Positions 28,754 through 39,412 of a stretch of 64,000 nt of DNA are shown here, piece after piece. The DNA is from Dehalococcoidia bacterium (GTDB taxonomy: Bacteria; Chloroflexota; Dehalococcoidia; Bin125). The position numbers were made by a program, and so were the translations under genes. The stretch covers positions 1,471,218 through 1,535,217 of the forward strand of contig OZ242281.1 in NCBI GenBank assembly GCA_965207365.1, written 5' to 3'. Every line of letters starts with the position of its first letter. The first letter of the stretch is position 1. The notes below the pieces were generated by a model. The model searched no databases. It was not told the origin of the DNA and saw only the letters and a program-made list of their open reading frames with translations.

Positions 28754-29715
28754 GATTCGATGATCCTGCCCTGTTCGCATTATTCGTTGTCCTGGTTCCC
28801 TACCTCTGGCTGCTGCGACGCGAAGCGCGCCTCGTACGTCCTCGGTACTTACTGCCGCAACTCTTCGGCGCGCCGCCGCTCGCCAGTCGTCCAAGCCGCA
28901 AACTGCGTGCGGCGCCCTGGCTTGGGCTGCTCAGAGTCGCCGCTCTCCTGTTGCTCATCGTGGCGGCAGCGAGACCGCAGGCGACCACCGTCGAGGCAGT
29001 CAAGCCAGCCGAGGGCATCGACATCGTGCTAGTGATGGATACCTCATCCTCGATGACGCAGGCCCGGCTCTCCAATGATCAGACGCGCATGGAAGCGGCG
29101 CGAATCGTGGCGCGCGCCTTTGTCGCCGAGCGACAGGCCAACGGCTCCGACCGGATCGGACTGGTGATGTTCCAACGCCGAGCGTTGGTCATGAGTCCAT
29201 TGACGCTCGATCTCGATGCCATCGACGAGATGATCGAAGTCTCGGTCCGCAGTGGATTGATCCCCGACGGCACAGCGCTGGGAGTGGCGACGATGGAAGC
29301 GATCGATCTGCTCAGAGGCTCGGATGCCGCCTCGCGGATTGTCGTCGTGCTGACCGACGGCGAGAACAACGTGCCCGACATCACTCCCAATCAATCGACG
29401 GCGGTCGCTCGTGCGGTCGGCGTGCGCCTTTACACGATTGGCCTGCCGACCAATGCCCAACAGATTGGTGTCGCACTGAACGAACTCACGTTGGTCTACA
29501 TGGCCGACGAGACAGGCGGCGTCTACTTCCGCGCCACCGACGCGAGGGAGCTGGCGGAGGCCTACCGGTCGATCTCGGAGTTGGAACGCGAACGTGTCGG
29601 CGACGAGATCTTCCTCACCACCCAGGAGCTCGCGCCCTGGTTCCTCATGGTGGCCGGGCTGTTGATCGTGGTTGAGGTGGGACTGCGTTCGACCTGGTGG
29701 CGGAGGACGCCCTGA
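28750..29715 (+). CDS. vWA-domain membrane protein (BatA-like)
   Basis: DIVLVMDTSSSM MIDAS motif, with N-terminal and C-terminal TM helices. Confidence 0.75.
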   Translation: MRFDDPALFALFVVLVPYLWLLRREARLVRPRYLLPQLFGAPPLASRPSRKLRAAPWLGLLRVAALLLLIVAAARPQATTVEAVKPAEGIDIVLVMDTSSSMTQARLSNDQTRMEAARIVARAFVAERQANGSDRIGLVMFQRRALVMSPLTLDLDAIDEMIEVSVRSGLIPDGTALGVATMEAIDLLRGSDAASRIVVVLTDGENNVPDITPNQSTAVARAVGVRLYTIGLPTNAQQIGVALNELTLVYMADETGGVYFRATDARELAEAYRSISELERERVGDEIFLTTQELAPWFLMVAGLLIVVEVGLRSTWWRRTP

Positions 29716-31607
29716 TGTCGCTCGGTTCGCCCGCCATGCTTGCGTTGCTTGTCTTGATCCCCGCTGCGCTGGTCGGTTGGTGGTGGCTCTGGCGAGCTCG
29801 GCGGCTGCATCGACTTGCCGTCGGCGCAGAGGTAGCGGGAAACCGTCGCGGCGTGGCAATCTCCCGCGCGCTCCTGCTGGGCGTACTGGCGCTGATTGCG
29901 GTAGCCGCCTCAAGACCGATGTGGAGCGCGGGCGAACAGACGCTGGGACTCTCGGACTTCTCGCTGGTCGTCGCACTGGATGTCTCGCAGAGCATGGCGG
30001 CTGAGGACGTAGCCGACGGCCTGGGGGATCCGGTCAGCCGGTTCGTTGCGGCGCAGTCGGAGATTCGCCGCCTGATCGATGGCCGACGCGGTGACCGCGT
30101 GGGATTGGTCATCTTCGCAGGCGATGCCTTCCTGCGCTTCCCGCTGACTCGGGACCATGAGGCGGCGCTGCAGGTCCTGGAGGCGCTACAGCCGGGAGAA
30201 GCGCTGGTCCGTTCCGGTTCGGACATCGCCGCTGCGATCAGTCTCGCGACATCGACCATCGTCCGAGCCTCCGAGGACGACGGCGTCGACACCGTCAACG
30301 GAGCCATCGCGGTCGTCAGCGACGGCGAGACGCACGCGGGCAACGCGGAAGCCGCCGCATCGGCGGCGCGGAGGCTGGGCTTGCAAGTGTTCGCGGTTGG
30401 GGTGGGCTCGGAGCAGGGCGCAAGGATTCCTCTGGGACTGTCGGGCACGTTCAAACTGAACGCCAGCACCGGTGAGCCGATCGTGACCAGGCTCGACGTG
30501 GACCATCTGCAGCGCATCGCGGCTGCAGGCGGTGGCCGTTACCTCGAGCTCGATGCGCCCGGCACGATGGCGAGCATGAACGCGGACCTGGCAGCGCTCG
30601 ACCTGGTCCGGCCTGTCGTGGTTGAAGAGACGGCGTTGGCTGAGCAATTCCAGTGGTTCGTAGGGATTGCAGTGTTCGTGCTCCTGGGTGCAGTCGCTGC
30701 CCGCATTTTCGGCGTCACGATGGGCGGACGCCTCGGTGCGGCCTCGGTCGGCGCGTTGGCCGCCTCGTTCGTGTTTGCCAGCGGATGTGGCGGACCAGGG
30801 ATTGAGCAGGCCAATCGCGAAGGCGTGGCTCACTACGAGGCCGGCCAGTACGTCGAGGCGCTGGAGGACTGGCGCGAGGCGCAACGACTGGGTCAACGCA
30901 CCGACGCGGGCATCGATCCGCGTCTGCATCTGAACGCCGGTCGCGCGCTGCACCAACTGGGCGAGTTCGACCGTGCCGAGACCGAGACGCTGTCGGCGCT
31001 GCGCTCGGACCAGCCGGAGATCCGCGCGATGGCCTGGTTCCATGTCGGCAATCATCGTTGGTCGAATGACGATCTGCTTGGCGCTCGGCTGGCTTACATC
31101 GAAGCGCTGCGTGAAACACCTGGCTTGCTCGACGCCAAGATCAACCTGGAAATCGTGAATGAACTTCTCGCCTCATTGCAAGAGGAGTCGGACGAAGAGC
31201 AGGAATCATCGCAGGCGGGCGATTCACCGAGCGATGCAAGTCAGTCAGGACAGCCGGGGCAATCTGGACAGCCTGGAGAATCACAATCGCCGGACAGCAA
31301 CGAACCGAGCCAGAACGGACAGGCCACCGCTCAACCGACGGCAGCCGGCAGTAATGACGACGGAACCCCAAGCGCGGGCCAGACCACCGGCGTCAGGCCG
31401 ACGACACCGACGTTTGCCGAAGATGAGAGCCTGATCGAACGCCGTCAGGAGGCGATGCAAGCACTGCAGGCAGCTCTGGACGAGCTGCCGCTGGAGAATG
31501 CCAGTCTCGAGCAGGCATTGGCTGTGCTCGACGCGCTACGCGCGGTCCCCGGCGAAAGATTGGCCGCCGGGCGTCTGGAGTTGGGCGGGCAGCCGCTCGA
31601 TTGGTAA
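29697..31607 (+). CDS. vWA + TPR domain protein (BatB-like) with Q/S/G-rich low-complexity linker
   Basis: vWA (VVALDVSQSM) followed by TPR-like repeats and an SQSGQPGQSGQPGESQSP tract. Confidence 0.7.
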   Translation: MAEDALMSLGSPAMLALLVLIPAALVGWWWLWRARRLHRLAVGAEVAGNRRGVAISRALLLGVLALIAVAASRPMWSAGEQTLGLSDFSLVVALDVSQSMAAEDVADGLGDPVSRFVAAQSEIRRLIDGRRGDRVGLVIFAGDAFLRFPLTRDHEAALQVLEALQPGEALVRSGSDIAAAISLATSTIVRASEDDGVDTVNGAIAVVSDGETHAGNAEAAASAARRLGLQVFAVGVGSEQGARIPLGLSGTFKLNASTGEPIVTRLDVDHLQRIAAAGGGRYLELDAPGTMASMNADLAALDLVRPVVVEETALAEQFQWFVGIAVFVLLGAVAARIFGVTMGGRLGAASVGALAASFVFASGCGGPGIEQANREGVAHYEAGQYVEALEDWREAQRLGQRTDAGIDPRLHLNAGRALHQLGEFDRAETETLSALRSDQPEIRAMAWFHVGNHRWSNDDLLGARLAYIEALRETPGLLDAKINLEIVNELLASLQEESDEEQESSQAGDSPSDASQSGQPGQSGQPGESQSPDSNEPSQNGQATAQPTAAGSNDDGTPSAGQTTGVRPTTPTFAEDESLIERRQEAMQALQAALDELPLENASLEQALAVLDALRAVPGERLAAGRLELGGQPLDW

Positions 31608-31647
31608 TGACGCTTGATTGGTGATGACGAAGGCGACGACGAGTGAA

Positions 31648-34503
31648 TCAGTCGCCGGCGGGAGCTGGCGCAGGCGCTTCAGGCTCCGGCTCTGGAGTAG
31701 GCGGTTTGACCGGAATATGCAGGGCATAGCGGATCAGGCTGCGACGTAGTTGCTTCCAGGCGTCGATCGTCTCGTCTCGTTCCTCATCACTGAGGATCTT
31801 GCGGCCAAAGCGAGTCGCTGTGTAGTGGTTGGCCAGACCGAGCGCGTTCGGGCCGAGTCCGAGCAAGGTGTCGATCTGACGCGCGTGCTCCTGGGGGGTC
31901 GTTGACGGATCGGCGCGCACTCCGATCCAGCGAGCCAATCTCGACGCCGACACCCAGAGTCGAGCGGTCGGATCAAGGCCGCGCAGGGAGATACGCCAAC
32001 TCAGCCAGATCAGCAATGCCATGGCAAAGATCAGCGCTGCGGCGATCGTGGGCCCAAGCCAGATCCACTTGTTGATGCCACGCTCAAACTGCGAGGCGTC
32101 AGCAGGTAGCGTGCCCGCAGCGAGGTACTGCAAGATGTCGTCCAGCACGACATCGGCGAGGTTTTCTCCGCCGACGCCTGGACGCAGATCGAAGCGCGGC
32201 GTGCTCAAGCGTTGCGCGGCGATCCGCCTGCCGCCGCTGACCCCGCCGGCGATGGCCGCCAGTGCCTCATCTGCGGACGTGCCCGGCGTGGGGTCAAAGT
32301 CGACCCAACCGTAGTCGGGAAAATACACCTCAACCCACGCGTAGGCATCGTGTCCGCGGACGATGTAGTTCTGGGTCCTGTCGTCAAAGTTGTTGACGCT
32401 GAGCACGAATCCGGTCGCGATGCGAGCGGGCACGCCCGCGACTCGCAGTAGGACCGCCATCGACGAGGCGTGATAGTCGTAGTAGCCACCGATCGGTCGT
32501 CCGTCATCCATGTTCTCGAACAGGAACCAGTAGACGGCGTCAGACTTGGCCGGTGGCAGATCGATTTCAGTCGTCAGCGGATAGAGCGGCACTGGTTCGC
32601 CGTCGTCGTCGCGGACGATCCGGCCGTTCTCGTCGATAGCCGGCGCGGAACGCAGGTACACCTCGATGGCGGACGCGATGGCGTAGGGGTTGTAGCCATT
32701 GTCGTCGCGCATAGGATCGGGGCCGAGGTTGAAGCTGCGGGCGATGGTTTGCACCAGGCTCCTGAGGTTGGCCTGTTGTTCTTCGTCGTAGTCGGGTAGC
32801 TGCAGGAACGTCTCGCTGACCCAGAGCGGGTAGGTGTGTCCGGCTTCGGCCAGGGCCACTTCGTTCGCTCCCGAAACCGTGCCGGTGATCTGGTAGGTGA
32901 ATCCGGCTCGCACGCGGCGCTGGGCCGGACGGAGCGACAGCACATCGGTCTCTTCCGGCACTGAGCGCAATTGCAGTCCGGTCGGGGCGCCAGTCCGGGC
33001 GTCAATGTCGACATCGAGCAACGTGTACTGCGCGGGCACGTAGGACGCGACTTCATCGGCTGAGGGAATCTCCGTCTCGTCCTTGAGGTCTTCATTCGCG
33101 GCGGCGATCCGGTCGCTGATGGCCGACAAGGCGGGCTCGAGATCAGTGCCGTCGAATCGATCCGGTTCGGAGAAGTCGACGCTGAAATCGACCGATGCCA
33201 GGGTGTCAACGCGCGTGTCCTTGTTGGCGATCAGCGGAGCGCCGAACGAGAACAGGACTGCCGGCGACTTCTCTACCGAAATCTGCGCCGCCACCGGTCG
33301 GCGTTCCAGATACTCGCTGGTCATCACCGTGGACTCATTCTCGACCGAAGTCTCGTCTGCAGCCGCGCTTCCGCTGATCGGTTCCAACTCCCTGACCGTG
33401 CGTGCGACAGACGGCGACTGCCTCCAGCCGCGTCCGGTGTATTCGTCGTAGGCCGCGCCGCGCAGCAGTCCGGGCTCGGTCGCGGCGGCGCGCATGATGA
33501 TTGCGTCGCCGGGGTCGACATCGCCCTGCAGCACGAGGAAATCGTCGAATGAATGCACGGGGACGCCGCGCCGCGAATCGATGCCGCTGAAGATGCGGCG
33601 GAAGTCGTCGTTGAGACCGTCAAACGGGCTGGCGATGGCCGTCCAGGCATCTTCCAGCGCCTGCGATTCGTCAGGTCGAGGGATTGCTCGTGACAACGTC
33701 AGCAGCAGCACGATGGCTAGCATCGTCGCGCCCAGGAACGAGAGCGATATCCAGTCGGGATATGCCGAGCCTTGCGCACGCCAGCGATCCATCCGGCGCA
33801 GCAGCGAAGCGCGCATCAGCAGCAGCATCGAGCCGGTCAGGAAGAAGCCGTAGGACAGATTCCACTGCCGGTCGGAGAGATAGGAGATGTTGACCGCCAG
33901 CAACGCGCCCAGCAAGATCATCGCCACCCAGGCATTACGCCAGCGAGCGACCGCGTACGCGCCGAGGAACGAGCCGACATAGACAAAGACATCGGTGAAA
34001 AAGACGAAAGGCAGATTGTCGGTCGTCAGACCGGCGCTGAAGGCCTGTTTGAACCAGTCTTGGAAACGGAAGCCAAAGTCGGTGAACCGATCCCAGAACA
34101 GCGGCTGCCCGCCGAGCGTCTCGAGCTGGGTGATCTGCGCCATGACGATCAGGCCGCCGATGATCACGCCGATGACCATGGCAAACGGCCAGCGCAGCCA
34201 TGGCAGACGTCCGAGGCCCAGCGCCAGCAACACGCCGGCGGCCGCGGTGATGCGCAGGTCGGGCATCTGATCGACCCAGCCGGCGATGTAGATGCTGTTC
34301 GCCGTCGAGAGTGCAACTAGCAGCAGGATACCAAAGGTGATCGTCGTCTCCAGCCCGCGCTGGGTCAGCGTGAGTCTTCGTTCCTGACCGGAAACGACCA
34401 GTGTCTCTGCGCTGCTTCGGCGGGCGAAGAATCGGCGCTCGGCCTCGGCGACCAGTGTGTCTGGCTGGTCTGATCCGTCGTTGGTTGGCGGCCGTGCGCT
34501 CAT
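31648..34503 (-). CDS. transglutaminase-like membrane protein (TgpA-like, DUF3488 N-terminus)
   Basis: 951 aa with multiple N-terminal TM helices and a C-terminal transglutaminase-core-like block (GVPARIATGF ... AWVEVYFPDYGWVDFDPT). Third gene of a MoxR-DUF58-TgpA module. Confidence 0.7.
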   Translation of the reverse strand: MSARPPTNDGSDQPDTLVAEAERRFFARRSSAETLVVSGQERRLTLTQRGLETTITFGILLLVALSTANSIYIAGWVDQMPDLRITAAAGVLLALGLGRLPWLRWPFAMVIGVIIGGLIVMAQITQLETLGGQPLFWDRFTDFGFRFQDWFKQAFSAGLTTDNLPFVFFTDVFVYVGSFLGAYAVARWRNAWVAMILLGALLAVNISYLSDRQWNLSYGFFLTGSMLLLMRASLLRRMDRWRAQGSAYPDWISLSFLGATMLAIVLLLTLSRAIPRPDESQALEDAWTAIASPFDGLNDDFRRIFSGIDSRRGVPVHSFDDFLVLQGDVDPGDAIIMRAAATEPGLLRGAAYDEYTGRGWRQSPSVARTVRELEPISGSAAADETSVENESTVMTSEYLERRPVAAQISVEKSPAVLFSFGAPLIANKDTRVDTLASVDFSVDFSEPDRFDGTDLEPALSAISDRIAAANEDLKDETEIPSADEVASYVPAQYTLLDVDIDARTGAPTGLQLRSVPEETDVLSLRPAQRRVRAGFTYQITGTVSGANEVALAEAGHTYPLWVSETFLQLPDYDEEQQANLRSLVQTIARSFNLGPDPMRDDNGYNPYAIASAIEVYLRSAPAIDENGRIVRDDDGEPVPLYPLTTEIDLPPAKSDAVYWFLFENMDDGRPIGGYYDYHASSMAVLLRVAGVPARIATGFVLSVNNFDDRTQNYIVRGHDAYAWVEVYFPDYGWVDFDPTPGTSADEALAAIAGGVSGGRRIAAQRLSTPRFDLRPGVGGENLADVVLDDILQYLAAGTLPADASQFERGINKWIWLGPTIAAALIFAMALLIWLSWRISLRGLDPTARLWVSASRLARWIGVRADPSTTPQEHARQIDTLLGLGPNALGLANHYTATRFGRKILSDEERDETIDAWKQLRRSLIRYALHIPVKPPTPEPEPEAPAPAPAGD

Positions 34504-35957
34504 TGGACCGGCGTTTCTTCACTCTGCGGGTCCTGCGCGTCAGCCCCGGACTCGGCCTGACTCCAGTCTGCTTCCGCCAACACCTCTTCCATCTGCATGT
34601 TCGCCTGAGCCGAGGGAACGCCACCGCCGCCATTGGTCCCGTTGCCCTCCGCAGCCGCGAGAGCGGCCGCGCCTGAGGCCATTGGTCCGCCAGGAATCTG
34701 GCCAACCATGACGGAAGGAATGTGATCGCCTTTGCGAATCAGGTTGACCTGCACGCCCAGTGCCCGCAGCTCGACCGCCGTCGCCGCCGCGCCGCCGCGC
34801 CCGCCCCACGACTCCAGATTGATCAAGGCCACAGCGGCCTTGACACCGCGATGTGTCAATGTGCGAATCGCGCCCTGCCAGCGCGGATCGGTCGACGCGG
34901 TCACCACGATGACCGTCGTGTGGCGTCCCCAGCGACGTGACTGCTGATACAGAATCGAGGCGACTGGCACCGTGCCGATCGGCTGGGCGACGGCGAGCGA
35001 TTCAAGGATCCGTCCGAAGTGCTGGGAACCGCGGTCGGGTTCGATCACGTCCAGGCGCTCGCCGAACATCATCAGGCCGACCGAGCGATTCTGGTTGATA
35101 AACAGCCGCACCACCGATGCGGCGATGGTGACTGCCGTCTCGATCGAGGCATCGTCGCCAGTGCCGATGTGGTCCTGACTCGAGAGATCGACGATCACCC
35201 AGAGGTGCGAGGCCGGGTCCAACTCGAACGTCTTGACCTTGAGCGATCCGGTGCGCAGGCTGCTCTTCCAGTGAATCCGGTTGACAGAGTCGCCGGCTTC
35301 GTAGTCGCGAATGCCTGAGGCGTTGGGCGTCACATAATGGGTGCGCCTGCGGAACCGTCCTTCGCCGGGCAGGTTGGCGGGCGGCGCCGAGTAGCGAGGC
35401 AACTCCAGCGCTCGCGGATAAACGACGAGGCCGCGTCGATGTCCAAAGCGCAGCTCGCGGTGGAAGATGTCAAAGGGATCAGAGCTGCGCACCGTGATCG
35501 GTCCGAGGTTGTACAGCCCTCGTCGATGACACGCGGTCTGCACACGCCAGTTGCGATGATTGGAGCGACCCAGCGATGTCACGAATTGCGCCGTGTGACC
35601 GGGGAGATCGGACGCCTCTTCGACCTCGAGCCAGAGTTTGGGGATGACGGAGTCGTTGATCACCTCAAAGCGCTCGATGATCGATTCGCCGGCTTGCACC
35701 CGGTCTCGCGAGCGGGACATCCGCACCCGCACGCCCTGACCCGACGACCAGGTCCAGAGACCGGCCAGGACAATGCCAAAGAGCAGCGTGTAGCCCAGGC
35801 GCTGCGGCAACCAGTAGTTGGAGGCAAAGCCGACCGCAAACGCGATGATCGTCAGCGTGACCACGATGCTGAGCGAACGTCGTGTACCAAACGTCGCCCG
35901 CCACGCGCTGCGGAAGGGGCTCGTGATGGCTGCCCAGACTGCATGGCGGCCGCGCAC
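34500..35957 (-). CDS. DUF58 protein with N-terminal TM helices
   Basis: DUF58 core (LWVIVDLSSQ). ATGA overlap with the tgpA-like gene. Confidence 0.75.
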   Translation of the reverse strand: MRGRHAVWAAITSPFRSAWRATFGTRRSLSIVVTLTIIAFAVGFASNYWLPQRLGYTLLFGIVLAGLWTWSSGQGVRVRMSRSRDRVQAGESIIERFEVINDSVIPKLWLEVEEASDLPGHTAQFVTSLGRSNHRNWRVQTACHRRGLYNLGPITVRSSDPFDIFHRELRFGHRRGLVVYPRALELPRYSAPPANLPGEGRFRRRTHYVTPNASGIRDYEAGDSVNRIHWKSSLRTGSLKVKTFELDPASHLWVIVDLSSQDHIGTGDDASIETAVTIAASVVRLFINQNRSVGLMMFGERLDVIEPDRGSQHFGRILESLAVAQPIGTVPVASILYQQSRRWGRHTTVIVVTASTDPRWQGAIRTLTHRGVKAAVALINLESWGGRGGAAATAVELRALGVQVNLIRKGDHIPSVMVGQIPGGPMASGAAALAAAEGNGTNGGGGVPSAQANMQMEEVLAEADWSQAESGADAQDPQSEETPVQ

Positions 35958-36010
35958 GGTCTAGTCCGATCTGTACACCGGGCGGATCAGCGACCCGATG
36001 ATCGCGCGAG

Positions 36011-36991
36011 TCATGATGCGACTCGGGCGCCCGGCACTGCCACGCGTTCAAGCACGTCGTCGATCACCGTCCGCGCATCCTGGTTGCGCACCTGTGCTGA
36101 GGGGCTGAGGATGATTCGGTGCCCGAGGGCGGCGTGCGCCAGTGTCTTGATGTCGTCGGGGATGACATAGTCGCGACCCGCAAGCAACGCCGAGGCCTGC
36201 GCGCAGCGGAACAGGGCCAACGAACCTCGAGGCGATGCGCCCAGGTAGACGGCTTCGTGCGAGCGGGTCGCCGCGACCAACTGCACGGCGTATTGCTTGA
36301 GCTGCGGGTCGACCCAGATGTCGCGTGCGACGCGATGGATCTCGCGGACTTCCTCAGGCGACGTGACCGGTGCGAGCGACTCGATTGGGTGCTGCTGTTG
36401 CTGTCCTTCCAGCACGGCGACCTCGTCGTTGGCGTCGGGATAGCCCAGGTGGATGCGCAGGAGGAAGCGGTCGAGCTGCGCCTCGGGCAGTGGGAAGGTG
36501 CCCTCGTACTCGACCGGGTTCTGCGTCGCCAGGACCATGAATGGCGGTGGCAGTTGACGGGTGACGCCATCGGCCGTCACCTGGCGTTCCTCCATCGCTT
36601 CCAGCAGCGCCGATTGCGTCTTGGGTGTGGCGCGGTTGATCTCATCGGCCAGCACGATTTGCGAGTAGATCGGCCCTTGACGCCACTCGAAATCCTGTGT
36701 TTTCTGGTTGTAGACCGAGACACCGGTGACATCCGAGGGCAGCAAGTCGGGCGTGAACTGAATTCGGTTGAACGTGCAACCGGTTGAGACGGCCAGGGCT
36801 CGGGCGAGCATGGTCTTGCCGGTTCCAGGCACATCCTCGATCAGCAGGTGGCCGTCGGCAACGAGCGCGACGACCGCCTGGCGTACCTCGCTGGTCTTGC
36901 CCAGGATGACTCGCTCGACATTGGCAACGACACTGAGGAGCACGGTTCGGGGATCGTCCATCGGGGGGTTCTCCGCTTGCAGGCCTGCCAC
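36011..36991 (-). CDS. MoxR-family AAA+ ATPase (second copy)
   Basis: Walker A (DVPGTGKT) and Walker B (VLADEINRA). About 45% identical by eye to 25856-26914. Confidence 0.85.
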   Translation of the reverse strand: MAGLQAENPPMDDPRTVLLSVVANVERVILGKTSEVRQAVVALVADGHLLIEDVPGTGKTMLARALAVSTGCTFNRIQFTPDLLPSDVTGVSVYNQKTQDFEWRQGPIYSQIVLADEINRATPKTQSALLEAMEERQVTADGVTRQLPPPFMVLATQNPVEYEGTFPLPEAQLDRFLLRIHLGYPDANDEVAVLEGQQQQHPIESLAPVTSPEEVREIHRVARDIWVDPQLKQYAVQLVAATRSHEAVYLGASPRGSLALFRCAQASALLAGRDYVIPDDIKTLAHAALGHRIILSPSAQVRNQDARTVIDDVLERVAVPGARVAS

Positions 36992-37103
36992 GCATCGGTG
37001 GTCGCGGCGTGGAAGCCGCTGCTGGTTGGGGCGGCGTCAGGCACGTGGTTTGAGGGACACTTGATGAGAGCGTAGCCCATATGTGTAAAGTGGTTCCGAC
37101 GGT

Positions 37104-38234
37104 ATGGCGCATTCGGAAGATCTTGAGCGAGTGGTAGCGGGACCGGTTCGCTTGAGTCGGCGAACCGTGCTGCGTGCCTTCGTGGGCGCGGGCGTCGGCG
37201 TGTTGCTCACCGCCTGCGGCGGCGATGACTTGGATCCGTTCGCTCCCAGAACTCAGACCGCCCCGACAACGTCCAACGTCGCCGAACAAGCTGGTGACGC
37301 GACCGAGGGTCAACAACAGGTTGGTCGGCAATCAGTCTCGCAAGCGCCAGCGGAACCGACTCCGGCCGCCGTCCTGCCTGAGCCAAAGGTGTACGTGATC
37401 CCCAGTCCCGTTTCGCAAGGCGAGACGGTGCTGCTGCTGGTCGAGGCGCCGGGCGCGGAACACGCCTCCATGTCCTGGCAAGGACAGACCTTTTCGCTGT
37501 TGCATAACGAGGAGCGATTCCTAGGCTTCTTCGGGATCGACGCCAACGCCCCGATTGGCCCTCAATCGTTGGGCGTCTCGGTCTGGGGACCAAGAGGCGA
37601 GCAACTGCTCTGGCAAGAAACGGTGGTTGAGATCACCGGAGTCGAATGGACCGTCGACAACATCCAGATCGACGGTCCCAACGCTGCCTTGCTCGATCCC
37701 TCGATCCGCCGCGCGGACGAACGCGAGCGATTGCCGCATCAGTCCGGCCTGACCCCAGGCCTGCTCTGGCTGGGCGTGTTCGATCCGCCCTCCAACGGCG
37801 CCATCACCGCCCTCTATGGCGAACAGCGTTCGTTCAATGGCGCCCCGATCTCCGAATATCACACGGGCATCGACTTCGGCGGCGAGACCGGTGCGGCGGT
37901 CACCGCTTCCAACACTGGGGTGGTGAGCTGGGCGGGACGCACTCGACGCCGAGGCAACGGGATCATCATCGACCACGGCGCCGGGGTCTTCAGCGGCTAC
38001 TACCACCTCTCCGAAGTGTTGGAGACGGCCGGCTCGGTGGTGGAGCAGGGGGCGATGATCGCCAGAATGGGCGCGACCGGGCTGGCGACCGGGCCGCATC
38101 TGCACTGGGAAGTCGTGGTACGGGGAGTGACCGTCAACCCACTGCCCTGGTTGCGGCTGCTCGAGTTCCCCGACCCCTACCAGGATCTCAATCCGGCAAA
38201 CGCATTGAGTTCGACCAACCTCGCCGAGGGCTGA
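37104..38234 (+). CDS. M23 family metallopeptidase, Tat-lipoprotein signal
   Basis: SRRTVLRAF twin-arginine motif plus LLTAC lipobox. M23 motifs (YHTGIDFG, GPHLHWEV). Confidence 0.85.
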   Translation: MAHSEDLERVVAGPVRLSRRTVLRAFVGAGVGVLLTACGGDDLDPFAPRTQTAPTTSNVAEQAGDATEGQQQVGRQSVSQAPAEPTPAAVLPEPKVYVIPSPVSQGETVLLLVEAPGAEHASMSWQGQTFSLLHNEERFLGFFGIDANAPIGPQSLGVSVWGPRGEQLLWQETVVEITGVEWTVDNIQIDGPNAALLDPSIRRADERERLPHQSGLTPGLLWLGVFDPPSNGAITALYGEQRSFNGAPISEYHTGIDFGGETGAAVTASNTGVVSWAGRTRRRGNGIIIDHGAGVFSGYYHLSEVLETAGSVVEQGAMIARMGATGLATGPHLHWEVVVRGVTVNPLPWLRLLEFPDPYQDLNPANALSSTNLAEG

Positions 38235-38278
38235 GTGTTGACCACGCTCTCCATCTTCGCTGGGACCGATGCGTAACG

Positions 38279-38490
38279 CTCCTTCTCCCCCCGCAAGAGA
38301 CTGACGCACAACCTCCGAATCCCCTCTCCCCCCCTTGCGGGGGGAGATGTCACGGAGTGACAGAGGGGGGGCGGCGGATGATGACCAGATAGGGCTCATG
38401 AACAGCGGACCCCCCCTCTGCCTTCGGCATCTCCCCCGCAAGGGGGGAGAAGGGGAGTCCTTAGAGGTCTCCGACAAGCGCGGGTATGAC
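38279..38490. repeat. MITE-like element, family A copy, right end abutting half of the 24-bp landing-pad palindrome
   Basis: Core matches family A. The right flank gacaagcgcgggtatgacgg matches the palindrome at 58139-58162. Confidence 0.75.
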
Positions 38491-38547
38491 GGAGTTACTG
38501 CGGTTCCGGCACGTCCGTCACTCCGGAATGCGCCGGAATGACGAGCT

Positions 38548-39297
38548 TTACGACCGGGCCGCTTCGAGCGTTAGCGCAATGGCGATGATTGCCGCCGTCT
38601 CTGCTCGCAGCGGCCGGTTGCCGAGTGAGATTGGCTGCCACCCGTGGCTGCGGGCGAGAGTGGCCTCCTCCAGCGTGTAGCCGCCTTCAGGACCGATCAG
38701 CAGGTGGACAAACGATGGAGGCCTCAGACCGTCATCACGACGCTGCTGGAAGATCGGGGCGATTCGCTGGTCCGGCTCGAGCGCCGAGGCCAGCAGCCGC
38801 AGACTGTTGGGCTCCTGCTCTTCCGCGATCAGGTCGGTCACCTGCATTGGCGGGTGAATCTCGGGCCGGTACTCCCGGCGGCATTGTTCCGCCGCTTCCG
38901 TCGCCAAGCGTCGCCAGCGATGCAGACGCTGTGAGGCGTCGCCGCGAATGATCGCGCGATGCGACCAGACTGGACGAATCTCATCGACGCCCAACTCGGT
39001 CGCCTTCTCAATCATGAAGTCATAACGCTGTGGCCGGATTAACGATGCCGAGATCACGATCCGCGGCGGCGGCAAGCTGCGTCGAGGCCGGCTTTCGATG
39101 ACTCGACAAATCACATCGTCCCGCGTCACCCGCTCGACGGCGGCCTGATAGAGCCGATCGGTCGAAGGGTGAACAAGTTCGAGTGGGTCGTCGCGGCGGA
39201 CGCGCATGACGCGCTTGAGCCGATTCGCCTTGCCGCCGGAGATGATGATCGTGTCGTCCTCAACCCGGGCAGATTCGTCGAGGAAGTACCTGGGCAC
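38548..39297 (-). CDS. rsmE: 16S rRNA (uracil1498-N3)-methyltransferase RsmE
   Basis: LLIGPEGGYT and other RsmE motifs. GTG start at 39297 gives the canonical (M)PRYF N-terminus; an alternative ATG lies at 39351. Confidence 0.75.
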   Translation of the reverse strand: MPRYFLDESARVEDDTIIISGGKANRLKRVMRVRRDDPLELVHPSTDRLYQAAVERVTRDDVICRVIESRPRRSLPPPRIVISASLIRPQRYDFMIEKATELGVDEIRPVWSHRAIIRGDASQRLHRWRRLATEAAEQCRREYRPEIHPPMQVTDLIAEEQEPNSLRLLASALEPDQRIAPIFQQRRDDGLRPPSFVHLLIGPEGGYTLEEATLARSHGWQPISLGNRPLRAETAAIIAIALTLEAARS

Positions 39298-39412
39298 GAG
39301 TCCGAAGTCATCCCCGTCTTGGTGGAGATCTCCGTCGTTGTGTCTGGCCATCAGGCTGAGCCGTTCTGCATCTGCTTTAGACTCCGCTGGGACAAAAACT
39401 GTACAGGAATGA

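Noticed and set aside
26940-31055. Long antisense ORFs across the Bat-like operon (26940-27596, 27583-28635, 29044-29976, 29645-30517, 30186-31055)
   Set aside because: All are antisense to coherent, motif-bearing vWA/DUF58 genes with overlapping start/stop coupling. They have compositionally biased (R/A/P/S-rich) translations.
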